Assembly: GCA_044892525.1 (NCBI GenBank)
Contig: CM097885.1
Location: 22,568,001 to 22,632,000, forward strand
Direction: 5' to 3'
DNA length: 64,000 nucleotides
Origin: Schmidtea polychroa
Lineage: Eukaryota
The notes below the pieces were generated by a model. The model saw only the letters and a program-made list of their open reading frames with translations. It did no database searches and had not been told where the DNA came from. Positions 1 through 12,900 of this stretch are shown one piece after another; position 1 is the first letter of the stretch, and each line of letters begins with the position of its first letter. Both the position numbers and the translations under genes were made by a program.

Positions 1-493
1 TCGTTGGACCATTAGGGATGACAGCCGAAGCAAACACGTAGGAGAAAATGTCAAACGAAAGATTGGCTCGGCAATAACCATTTGTCATCCTGATTTCGAG
101 GAGTATATAAGCGAAGGGAAAATCAGAGAAAATCGGCATTCTGCCTCAGCTAGGGTTCGAAGAATTAGACTGTAGGAAAAGTGGTAAACGAATTAGGGAA
201 GTAGGGAAAAGAAGAAACAGAATTAAGAATACGGAAAGGCGAAAAGAGATCAAACCAAACAGAAACCGAGGAAAACGAGAGTCAAGAGAATCTGAAGGAT
301 TAAAAGGTGAATATTATTTGTTTGCAAAGCATCAACGCCGAGCAGAGAATCGTATAAAACTTTGATTGGTAATTGTAGCGTGATAATAAATTGTGAACCT
401 GTTGTTTCAATATACGTTGGGTCGTTCATTGTTTTAATTTAAAGAACACCAGGAGTCAGAGAGAACCGACTTGAAATAATCCAAAACCCAACA
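1..493 (+). repeat. LTR-like repeat, 3' part (ends CCCAACA)
   Basis: Ends in ...ACA with an AATAAA about 100 bp upstream. Its reverse complement is visibly similar to 46723-46820 (tgttggg..caagtcggt..ctgactc..gtgt..aacg.cccaac). Confidence 0.45.
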
Positions 494-1113
494 TATATAA
501 TTAATTAATAATTAATACTTAGGTGACCAAAAAATGAAAAAAGTACTAATATTTGACCAAAGGTACTTTTCAATACCAATATTTTGGTATCCTTATAGTA
601 AACTTATAGTTTACCCTTATAGTTAATAATGAAAAATATTAGATTTGATAGGTACATCATGAGCATAGACAAAATATTTATGGTACCCATAAGTACCCCT
701 GGGAAAACTAATATACATTACCCAATGGCGCCAAAAACTCGAAAATAAACTAAATCGGATATGTTGAGCATAAGTGTTAAGATTTTTTTCTGAGAAGTAT
801 GATCAAACCTCTATTGTAGGACGAAAAAATCAAAGAGCTTTTTTATTGATAGAACTCAACTAAAAACATAATTGTTATAAAAATATCCTATGAAATATAA
901 TTTTAATTCATACGTTTATTTTATAGTCATTAGGTTTCTTCAATTAAATAATCAGTTACTTTTAAAATATCTTATTATTAATGTTTTAAATTTCCAGTGC
1001 TACATTTGCCTAAATAACTAATTAAGTTATACCAAATGACATATATTTCTCCAAAATTCATTTCTTCAGTATGACCTTTGCATTTAATAGTGTTGATATT
1101 TCATTTAATAATA

Positions 1114-3632
1114 CAATGGAACTTCAATATGGTAATTAGTTCGTTCTCAGACACGATTTTTGCCTATCTATTCTTTAACAAATTTTTTTACTCTAGAATC
1201 GCTCTTCGAAATCATTTCAAACACTGTACAGTCTAATTACAGTACATATTAACCAGCGTGCTGCCATAAATAATGCGTAATGCGCGCTGTGTAGGCCAGC
1301 ATAAATACTAAACACAAATAAAATTTTAAAAAGAAATTTACCTTTTGGATGAGAAAAACAATGATTGTTATTAAGAGTTTTTATTTTTAAGGTTACAGTA
1401 GGTTATTATGGGTTGGAAGGTGAACCGCATTTCATTGCTTCATCATGCAATGTCACTTCAGGTGATTGATTTCCTGTTGCAGCACCAGCATTTCCGGATG
1501 ATTCACCAACACTCGTTTTTCTAAAGAAGTTATCTAAGGTTTTTTGTTTTGTACTGTTCTTTAAAAGTTTTCTTGAGTGTCTAAACAAGTCATCAACAAA
1601 TGAATTGATACACTGGTTTACCATAGCGATGTTTGTATGCCATTTCTCACTGAAAACTTGCAACTTCTCCCACGTAGACAAAAATCCTTTATTTCAGCAC
1701 TTGAAAATGGGCCATCATCTTTTCCTAGTTTGATGAAATTTCTCTTACCACTTCAACTTCCTGTTCTTTATGAAGTTCGAGTAGCTCCTGTGTGACCAGT
1801 TCCATTCTATGTTCCTCAACCAATTCTTCAAAATCTGCGTTGTTAATCTCCAATCCCATGGTTACGCCTAAAGCAACAATTTCATCAACAACAGGTTGTT
1901 CTTGAAAACCATCAAATTCTCTTTCTGACACACTCTATGGTCATACATTGTTTCATGCAGAATTCATTATTCGGTTGGCGACTTCGTTTCATGCCTTATT
2001 AACTAGCCCTAAACAATGCTGGATATTAAAGTAATTTTTCCAAAAATCACGCAATGTAAGCTTGGTCTCTGACGTGATCTCAAAAAATCTTCGAAACAGT
2101 GCTTTTGTTTTTTTTTGTTTTTTTTTCGAAACAGTTTCTTAAAGTTAGAAATTACTTGTTGATCTATGGATTGAATCAGTGGAGTTGTATATGGGGGTAG
2201 ATATTTAACGTGAATGTAATCGTAATCACCAGTTAAAACGTCTTCTAAGCCAGGGGGTGAGCAGGAGCATTGTCCAAAATTAATAAAACTTTCACAGGTT
2301 AATTAATAATTTCTATTTAAGCTTTAGTACTTGGGACAAAGACTTCACGAATTCACTCGAACAAAATTGCCTAGTCACCCAACCCTTACTATTTGATCGC
2401 CACATGACATTCAATTTACATTTAATGATATTAGTTTGCTAAAAGACTCTGAGATTTTCAGAATTGTAAATGAACAATGGCTTAATTTTGCAATCACTAC
2501 TAGCATTGTCACAGAGCATAAGGGTTAACCTGTCTTTCTTAGGCTTATGGCCCAGCAGTGAACTTTCCTCTTTTGTAATGTAGGTGCGTCTTGGGATCTT
2601 GGACATATTCTTCGGCATCTACGAAGTTTTTAAAATCTATCACAAACTGTTTAGCTCCTTCTGCATTCGAACTTGCAGCATCGCAATGTCTAACTACACT
2701 ATGAATGCCTGTGTCCGATTTCAAATAGAGGAACCAGCTACTGCTTGCCTTGAAATCGGCATCATCAGCACAAATTGATGCCCCAGGCCCATTTTTCTGT
2801 AAATCTTGATAGAGTGACTTTGCTTTCTCGCAAATTTTAGCTTCTGAAATACTATCACCAGCCATTTAATTTTCAGTTATCCAAACTAATAACAACTATT
2901 CCATGTTCTCAATCAGTTGGGTTCTTTTAGAAGCAAGAATTGTTACACCCTGTCCGACATCAGCTCATTTAATAGCATCCTTTATTTTTACTCTCTCTAT
3001 ATTAACTTCGTTTTTGATTGATTGATTGACTGATTGTGCCACGCAAATTTTGTGAGGCCAAATTGACCTACTTTTCGTGATCGGATTGAGCTGAAATTTG
3101 GCAAGTAGATTCGTTGTCGAGAACGCTGAATGTTATCAAATTTCAGATCGATCCAATCACAAAAGTGGGTTAATTTAAAAGATATTGATGTCAAATCTAG
3201 TGTTATTTCCTTATTTCAATATAAATTCTTATCTATTCATTAACTTCGGATTAAATAGATAACGTAATTATATCTAAAATATGTTGAAATTAAGAGAATG
3301 CAATATAGAGAGAGTTAAAAAATCATGTTTTTATGGTTGATTTTTTTATTATTCTATTAATGGTAGTTCTCGGGATATCAAATTCCTTTACTAAATCGGC
3401 GACACGTGTTCCATCTTCAAACTTCGTTATAATTTTTTTCTTTAAATCAATAGTACTTTGTACTGTTTTTCTTTTTTTTACCACCATTATCGTCACTGCT
3501 CTAAACTGCAAAATATTAAATATTGACGAATATTGACTTTTCGACGAATATCGAAAAAAGATTTTGACGAAAAAACAGGACGAATTTTGAAAAAGATGAA
3601 TACTGGTGGGGACGAATATTGGAGTTCCACTG
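1114..3632 (-). mobile_element. Degenerate Tigger/pogo (CENP-B, DDE_1) DNA transposon
   Basis: TIRs CAATGGAACTTCAATAT (1114-1130) and ATATTGGAGTTCCACTG (3616-3632) match 15/17 and are flanked by TA. Minus-strand fragments encode a CENP-B-type HTH (3323-3511), HTH_Tc5 (AGDSISEAKICEKAK..FKASSSWF) and a Tigger C-terminus, with several stops. Confidence 0.85.
2991..3314. mobile_element. MITE-like insertion within the Tigger relic
   Basis: 13-bp perfect TIR CTCTCTCTATATT / AATATAGAGAGAG with TTA on both flanks. It interrupts the transposase between its two HTH fragments. Confidence 0.45.
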
Positions 3633-3929
3633 TACTACTTTTTAAATTAATAGTGTTTTTCATTTTTTCATATATTTTTTTTATAATTATAGTTTAGATG
3701 AATTATAATGCAAAATAACTGCAATGAAAGTAGAAATGGTCAAATGTAAAGATAATAATAAAAGATGAGAAATTCTGTATCTACTTCGACTAAATTCTTT
3801 TACTGCATTACGTGTTATTAATTAACTTGTCGCAAATTGTGCTAAATTATATTCGTATTTTAAAAAGTCAATAAAAGTGTACCTTATGCTAAATTAACAT
3901 CTTATTTATTACTAATGAACTCAAATTAG

Positions 3930-6900
3930 GGTTACATGGGTCCTAATGGTCACCCGGGACCACCTGGATTACCTGGAGATAAAGGTATTTCAGGAGAAGT
4001 CGGAGATCCAGGGCCTGCCGGATATCCTGGAAATATTGGTAGACAAGGTGCTCCTGGAATATTTGGTGTAATTGGGCCAATTGGAAGAGCAGGAAAGGTG
4101 GGGAGACAAGGTAATATGGGACCACAAGGGAAAAAAGGCGAGAAAGGTCCACGAGGTTTATCGGGATCGATTGGTTTGAGTGGTACGATTGGATCTCAAG
4201 GTTATTATGGTCCACGAGGTGCTCCTGGAAAGATTGGAATGCAAGGAAAGCCTGTATTGATATCTTATCATATTCTTTTTAACATTTTATACTTATTAAT
4301 AGGGATTAATTGGAAGAATCGGATTGCCAGGAAAACAAGGAATAGACGGGCATGAAGTAAATGACTTTATTTAATAAATGATTAAAAGAAATTTTATTAA
4401 GGGGGAAAAGGGAGAAAAGGGAATAAAAGGTGCTAGTGGAATTCAAGGAAACAAGGGAGAAACAGGAATAAGAGGTCTTATTGGTCCTCGTGGTATGGGA
4501 GGCGAGACAGGAATCATTGGAAAAGAAGGTATATCTGGTGAACTTGGTATAAAAGGAATACAAGGCATAAATGGACAGCGTGGAGATCCCGGTTTACCAG
4601 GAGATCGAGGTAAAATTGGATCTATTGGTCCTCCGGGACGTGTTGGGCCACAGGGTAAGTTCGTGTTACTTTTTCATGACAATATATAGAATAATGTCAA
4701 GTCAAAAATATTAGTTTCTTTATCTATTCCTATATTTGATACATTCACAGTTTATACTAATTGACCATCATTTAAATCAAGAGTTCTCAATCTTTATGTG
4801 ACTGTACTTCAAAATCCAATATGAGTACTGGTACCTTTTAGTACAGATAGAATTTTTCCTTAGAAACGTAAATACAAGCGAGATATAATATTTTTTCACT
4901 TGAAAATTCCATAGAGCACAATTACAGTACAATTTATAACATAAGGTCACAGTGTACTGAGAAAATCAGTCAACTTTGAAAATATGTGTAATAATTTTTT
5001 ATAAGAACTTTTCTTTCCAATTTCACCACTGATTTTTTTCCATTGCATTTATTAAAAAGAGCTTGAAAATATAAATCAGTAATATATCGATGTTTTTGAT
5101 ATCCACGAATTTTCGGCACTGCCTTTTTCAAGTGAATTTGATCATTATTTAAATTTATCATCTATTTTTGGGAAAAAATTTATTTATTAAATAAATACAA
5201 AATAAATTTATTTTTCCCCAACAATAAGTGGTAAATTTAAATAATGATCAAATTCACTTGAAAAAGCCAGTGGCGAAAATTCGTGGATATCAAAAACATC
5301 GATATATTACTGATTTATATTTTCAAGCTCTTTTTAATAAATGCAATGGAAAAAAATCAGTGGTGAAATTGGAAAGAAAAGTTCTTATAAAAAATTATTA
5401 CACATATTTTCATGACGAAATATATTTAAAATCTTGAAATAATATATTTAAAATCTTGAAATAATATATTTAAAATCTTGAAATAATATATTTAAAATCT
5501 TGAAATAATATATGTAAAAACTTGAAACAATATATTTAAAATCTTGAAATAATATATTTAAAATCTTGAAATAATATATTTAAAATCTTGAAATAATATA
5601 TTTAAAATCTTGAAATAATATATTTAAAATCTTGAAATAATATATTTAAAAACTTATATTGAAATTTAAAAACTTACATCGATATTTTAAAAACTTCCAA
5701 ACAATAAATATTAGATTCAATCCAAGAAGCTTTAATGCGCAGTCCATTCTTTTTAAGCTAATTCATATATAACAAAGAAATCACAAAAATACAAATATCG
5801 ATTTATTCAAATAAACTCTTGTCTAGCAAAAGCTTTTTCAATATATTTCCTCATGTTAGCAAACCAACCACCAAAATCGATTCCTTCATTATCCAGTGTA
5901 GTCCGTATTCTGGTTTTCAATTCATCTCGATTTGCAGCCGAAGGATGAATGGCAAATAGCACCGATTTAAAATGGCTAAAGTACTCTTCAATCGGACTTA
6001 ACTGGGGGGAGTAAGGGGGTAAAAATCGAAAATTAATATTATTAGACTCCAACAGACTAATAACAGTTCTGGAATGGTGAAACCTACAGTTATCCATTAT
6101 CAATACGTCATTCGGATTAGATCTAAAATGGCTCAACAACTTTTCCTCAATAAAACCACAAAAACTTTCTCCGTTAAAAGCACCATTTTTGATTTCATAA
6201 GAAACTATTCCAGATTTCTTAATTGCCACCATACAACTGATATTAGTACCACGATTGCCTTTAACGATTTTGTAGGCTTTTGAATTTTTGGGCGAGTAAC
6301 CGTAGTTCCTGGTTTGATGCAAATTCAGTCCGGTTTCATCCAAAAAAACCAAATGATCATTCGAGATAAAATTTGTTTCACGGGCGTATCTTTGCCTTAG
6401 ATCGATATTTTTAGGGGTGTTTCGTTCCTGTGGAATTCTGACCAGTCGTTTCCTGGTATATTCCATCTTTTTAAGTATTTTAGAAACAGCACTCGAGCAC
6501 CTAGTTATTCCGGAGTGTTGCAACTCTTCGGATAGTTCGGGCTGGGTAAATGAGGCGTCTCTTTGTAAAATTTGGCTTATTTTGGATTTCACGACGGACA
6601 AATCTGCCATTTTCCTTCCTTTCTTCGGACCGCAGATTTCTTCGTCCGTTGCGCCGTCGCATAGTTTTCCGACCAGGTTATATGCGGTCTGCAGACTAAT
6701 CTCTTGCTCGGAGGCGATTGTTTTTGTATCGGTATTTTTTTCAACCGATTTTCGGACTCGTTTTATGATTTCGAGCGTAACAGTTTGCCGCCTTTTTCGA
6801 ACCCTGACATCTTGGCGCTCTTCGGAGGTTTGTTCAGTGCTGTTGGACATGGTTGAGGGATTTAGTTTTGAATGCATAAATTCCAGTCTTAAAATATATC

Positions 6901-9900
6901 GATGTATATCGAGGTTTTTAAAATTTCAATATAAGTTTTTAGATATATTGTTTCAAGATTTTAAATATATTATTTCAAGATTTTAAATATATTATTTCAA
7001 GATTTTAAATATATTATTTCAAGATTTTAAATATATTATTTCAAGATTTTAAATATATTATTTCAAGATTTTAAATATATTATTTCAAGATTTTAAATAT
7101 ATTGTTTCAAGTTTTTACATATATTATTTCAAGATTTTAAATATATTATTTCAAGATTTTAAATATATTATTTCAAGATTTTAAATATATTTCGTCATTA
7201 TTTATAGTCTTCAAGCTCTTTTTAATAAATATTTTTTAGTCATTTTCTTTCTTTTATTTAACTTTTACAACTGTTTATTAGTTTTGAACTGAAAAGTTAT
7301 TATATTTACCTATGATAACTTATTTTAATGCGATATTATTTATAAATTTAGTCTTTTTTTATATTCTTTTTGTATCTTTTTCGTTAATCAGCAATCTGGT
7401 ACTTACTTTTTTTAGCGAAACATCACTGTCTGCAGCGTTGATAAAGGCTATGGAAAACATTCAGTAATGGACAAATTAATCAAATTAATACCAATGTATT
7501 ATTTTGTCATTTCTGAACTTGTTATAAGAAATCATGTTCCAGATTTTTATTTTTTATAACTACAATATTTCTTTTATTATGAGGCCGGGTTTCTATTTAC
7601 TTTTTCCAGAGATTTTTCTATAAATATCAGGATACCGAAGTTTTTTAAAGAAACAAAATAGCGATTGATTAAATGTACATTTTGGTTACAATTTATATAG
7701 AACCAATAATGAGAGCCGGACTTTTATTTCAACTGTATAGAAATAGCAGTAAATGTTGACAGAGGGTTCAATAATGGACGGGCTTTTATTTATCTAAGTT
7801 TGAAACAATTTATTTCTAAAATTAAATTCTTTTATAGAACATAAAGAAATTGTTTATTTTTTCAAAATAATTCTAGGTGAACCTGGACTGAAAGGAGAGA
7901 AAGGTGAGCTTGGCTTGCCTGGCCCGGAGGGTCCGCCAGGTATGATAAAAGTAATCGACCTACAAGTTGGAATGTATCAATTTGTCCCACGCCGTGTAAG
8001 AAGACAAGCTGGTGAATTGAATTCAACCATTGATCCTGGTAGTTTAGCTAATAATTCTACTGACTCTATTTGTAATAATTAGATGTTATGGTGATTCCAA
8101 ACAATGTCCCTTCAATCGGAGCTGTTCTTAATAGATTATTCAAACGATTAGAAATGCTTGACGAATTAGTTACTAAATATAACAAATCTCTCGGAACTAA
8201 AGAAAATCCTTCTAGATCATGTAAGGATATTTATTTGGAATCCAACAACACCATTGCATCGGGTCATTTCTGGATTGATCCAAATATGGGGTCTATTTCA
8301 GATTCTGTATTGGCAGAATGTAAATTTTCTGACCAAGAGGCTAAAACTTGTATTCCGGTTCAAGCTTCATCACGAGGGGTAAATACATAATTATATATAA
8401 ATACATAATTATATAACACATTAATTATAGTTTACAGATTTTTTCTGTGAATTAGCTAATTTGCAAGTGATGTGATTTCCAGTGTACAGGAGAAAGTATG
8501 CAATAGAGTTGAATCAGCAATATTATATACTTACCTGGCGGAAGAGAAATACTGATTAGAGCCAAAAGCTCGAAACTAGTCTACTATTGGGATTTGCACT
8601 GGGTATCACAAAGCTTGTACTGAATTTATAATTCAAATGTTAGATATCCGTAAAAAATATTTTACATAATTATATTCATTTATGTCTCTCATTTGTATTT
8701 GAAAAAGATTCAAGTCATTTGCAATTGTATTGTTTTTTAAAATCTTACAAATAATAAACATTCTTGAATATAGACTCCATTATTCGGGAGACATAGGAAA
8801 CAACTAGACTTGGATAAAAACTTGCTTTATTTCTGTAAGAAAAATTTGATAAAGAATATGAAAACAAAAGCTAATCATTACCATTTAAAGACCTACAGTA
8901 AAGAAATTTGTTTTCCTTCTGTCATTAACCTGTGATTCTCAGAATTTCGAAAATATCTGCGCCAACAATTTTGTCAGCTTTATTTTCTAGTGTTTACCTA
9001 ATGTTAGGTAGTTTGAAAAAATATTATTTTTTTTACTTCTTAGTTATATCTGGTTGTTTACAAATTTTTAATTTTCAAAAATTTCATTTTGCAATTGTTT
9101 ATTTTTTGTTCACCTGTGATCGGCTTTATTTTAATATTATATTTATTTCATTACAACTATAATACAAAAAGTTATTTTCCAATATAGCATAAATTTTCGG
9201 CACTGCCTTTATCAAGTGTTATTTTGTAATTGATGTCAAAACATTTTGTAATAATTAGAATTTGAATGGAATATTATGAAGTTTGTTTAACATTTTGACT
9301 TCCACACCGATCATCAGTGACTGGTGCTTCAAGCCGTGATCATCATCTTATCGGACCTACTATTTTTAAGACTGATTAGAACAAACAAGAATTTAAATAA
9401 TGTAAAACAATTCTATGTTATCCCTTCCCATATTTCCACGAAGAAATATGTAAAACATAAATGAAACTCAAATTGTTAAGCAGTTAGGCAAAATATTGTT
9501 AAAATTAATTACCACAAAATTATTGAAAGAATTTTAATTTCATTAAGGTTTTTATAGGTACTTTTTTCAAATTTCATCACTGATTTCTTTTCAATTGTCA
9601 TTGTATATATTAAAAAGTTTGACTATGAATCAGTAAATTTATCGATGTTTTTGTGAATTTCAAAAAAACATCGATATATTTAATGATTCATAGTCAAGCC
9701 TTTTAATAAATACAATAAAGGTTTTTGCTTATTTTTTATATAAATTATATTTCCTATTTAATATTTTTGTAAATTATATTTTAGAAACCGTTAACTAGAT
9801 TTCTCAAACCGCAAAATGAATCTAAATGGTGGTTGTCAAAGCTGAAGGATCAAAATGGGAAAACAGTGAAAAAGGTTTTTAATTATCATTAAAAATTTAT

Positions 9901-12900
9901 TTATGCAAAAATTTCAAGCTCAACTTTTGTTAAAATATTTTTTATTTATTAAATTGGTTGCAATTTTTACAGAAGTTAAAATTTTCTGCTGCAAAAATAA
10001 AAAATGCAATAATTTTTTTAGTTGGATGATGTACTAATATTAATTTTTAAAAAAAAATAATTTCAGTTTCAAGGATACGCGACTTGGCCAAGTGGAAAAA
10101 CATTATTATCTAATAAATCCATAACTTGCAATTATAATAATAGCATAGAACTCGCTAAATCTAAACCGAAATTTATATAAAAAAAAGCCTTTCTTTTTCT
10201 TGTTAAAACTGACAATAAAATTTAAGAAAATGTCGCGGTTGCTCAATCTTAGAACTGGGCCTGAATATCGTTCACTGTACTTTCTGGGAATACTAAATAT
10301 AAATACAATAATATTCCATTTTTTATTAATACTGCCTATATATGTACCTATATAGTCAAGTCATCTAGGCTGGAAAAGACTTTCAGTTGATTTCTTGTAA
10401 TAGTGTGACACTTTCGAAAACAACATTAATGATTTGTTGCAATCTGTAAAATATCAGTTCTGTCAACAATTTCATTTCCGGTGGGTGCAGTTGCAAAAGT
10501 GAGGAGGGGCCCTATGGCTCTCAGAAAAACGCTCATTCAAGGCACAAATAATCGAATCTAAAATAAATATCGATCTTCTAAAATACTCTTCAGTAGAATC
10601 TGCTGGTTGATTGCATTTGTATGTCAATAACTTCCCAATACGGGGTAATTTAAGCTCAATATTCATTAAGTCACATAATATTTTATTATCTTGAAAGATA
10701 ATTTTGAAATTTTCTTCTGCATGTTCTCCGTGCCGAAGGAAAACCTTCATTAGCTTGCCAATTTTTGTATTGATAGATTGCAGGTCAAGTTAAACCTCTT
10801 GTACCGCAGTAGTAACTGGTTCTAATTTCGATGAATATAAAGCAATTGTGTGCAATCCTACTACAAAAATACTTACTTTTTGCCTTGTTTGTCAGTTTTC
10901 ATTTTCTGCAATTATTTCTTTAAATTTCTTTTTAAAAATTCTTATTGATTTATGTTTGGCAGACCAGCGAGTTTCACATAGTAATGGAATATTTGGAACC
11001 GTATTTCGTCGTTGAGAAGATTCCCGGTAAAATGTTTAATATTTCCTTAATTGTCCCAACAGTTTCTAATTTCATTCACTTTCTTTGTTTCATTAATCAC
11101 AAGATTTAAACGATGGCTTGCTCAATGAAAAGAAATTGTGAGTCTCGTACTATTTTTTGAACCCCACCTATTTGACCAGACATTGTAGCACAGCTATTGT
11201 ATCCTTGACCAACCAAAAGGTTAAGATCTAGACGTAAATCTTGTATTGCCTTCATTATTACCTTAGATATATATTTGGAATCTAAGTCATATAGAGCAGA
11301 AAATCCCATAATTTCTTCATGAATTTTGAATATATTATTTTCACCTTGATATTAGTAGCGAATTCCAATAGATATCTGTTCTATTCCTGCCAAGTCAGTA
11401 GTTTCGTCAGCTAGAACAGAGAAAATTTGAGCTTCTTTAACTTCATTTATCAATGTTTCTTTCAACGAACTTTGTAGAGCATCAATAATTTCATTTTGGG
11501 ATTGATGAGATATATATAATGCATTCTTTGCCCCTGATTCCAAGTGTTGTTGCAAAATTTTATCTACAGAATTCACTCGAAAATGAAGTAAGTCTTTGAA
11601 TACAGACCCACAGTCAGTTTTGCCACGAAAAGAAAGATCATGACATGCACCAAAAATTATGGAAGCTATTATAAATCGAAGTTTCATTCTATTTGCATCA
11701 ATTTCTTTAGCATGAGCACTGTTTAGAAGCTGATATACGTCTGCATGTTTTCCTGATGCTATACTAAATTCATTATATTGCATGCATGGCTTTACAATAA
11801 ACGCTCCCAATAAACTGCAATGCACTATAGTAACCTATCCAAGGATAAATTGTCAACCATTCCAGGCGAAATGCCCGTTTTGCAGTAATGTCTACGTCTT
11901 TTTTGAAATTATATATTGAAATTATATATTGAAATTATATATTGAAATTATATATTTTGAAAAAATTCCTTATATCACTCTCATTATGGATGAAATGAAG
12001 ATTTTTATTTTTTAAACAAATAACTAAGACAATTTTGTTAATTTTAGGGTATAGCCTATACAATGTTAGTATTGCACATTTCGCACTAACAGTACATTAC
12101 TACATGTAGAAGGCTAGAAGCCATATTTTGACAAAATGAAAATAAATAAGCACTGCTTATTATTATTGGTCTTATCAAATATAAGTCTGTTTATTCACTT
12201 AGCATATATAAAAACGATACAAAACGTAATGAATCGTAATATGTAAATAAGTCACTCATCATCCATCAACGCACGAACTAGCGCATATATTTTACGTGCG
12301 TTCATTTATTTTTAAAAAATGTTAGCATGTGTAATAAACATGTTTCCAACATGAAAAATTTAAAGTATTAAAATCTTAGTGTTGAATTTTATACAGTACA
12401 ATATTACCTAAGGTCAGTAGACTGCAGTCTATATTCGAAAATTTCCACCAAAATAGTCAATTAGTTATTATTTGGGTCTCATAGAGCTCCAATTTTCTCG
12501 AAAATATGTTGAGGGAACTAAAAAGATTTGACATAGTTTTCCTCCCATATACATTGTTTTATTCTACACCACCCTTCAAAAAATCCTGCCGGNNNNNNNN
12601 NNNNNNNNNNNNNNNNNNNNNNNNNNNNNNNNNNNNNNNNNNNNNNNNNNNNNNNNNNNNNNNNNNNNNNNNNNNNNNNNNNNNNNNNNNNNNNNNNNNN
12701 NNNNNNNNNNNNNNNNNNNNNNNNNNNNNGCTTGGGAGCAGCATTTATTATTTAAAACAATAAAATGATAATTTAAGCCTTTTGCTGCAAATAATGTATT
12801 TAATGAAAGAATTTTCGACTATAANNNNNNNNNNNNNNNNNNNNNNNNNNNNNNNNNNNNNNNNNNNNNNNNNNNNNNNNNNNNNNNNNNNNNNNNNNNN

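Larger units (their letters stand above)
5412..7198 (-). mobile_element. IS630/Tc1-mariner superfamily transposon with about 280-310 bp TIRs containing 22-bp tandem arrays
   Basis: Termini ATGACGAAATATATTTAAAATC and GATTTTAAATATATTTCGTCAT. The inverted homology continues inward through the arrays to about 5691 and 6889, enclosing one intact transposase ORF. Confidence 0.93.

Noticed and set aside
4970-5437. Two near-identical short ORFs on opposite strands
   Set aside because: By-product of the fold-back repeat, with no protein-like features.
5807-6877. TnpB/Fanzor cargo associated with the IS630-like element
   Set aside because: The 1.8 kb element has room for only the transposase, and no RuvC/zinc-finger TnpB-like ORF was recognised anywhere in the window.
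6417-6986. 189-aa plus-strand ORF
   Set aside because: Antisense shadow of the transposase.
5428-7190. 22-bp repeat arrays flanking a nuclease-like ORF, as a CRISPR or guide array
   Set aside because: The units are directly abutting with no unique spacers, are mirrored as TIRs, and flank a DDE transposase.
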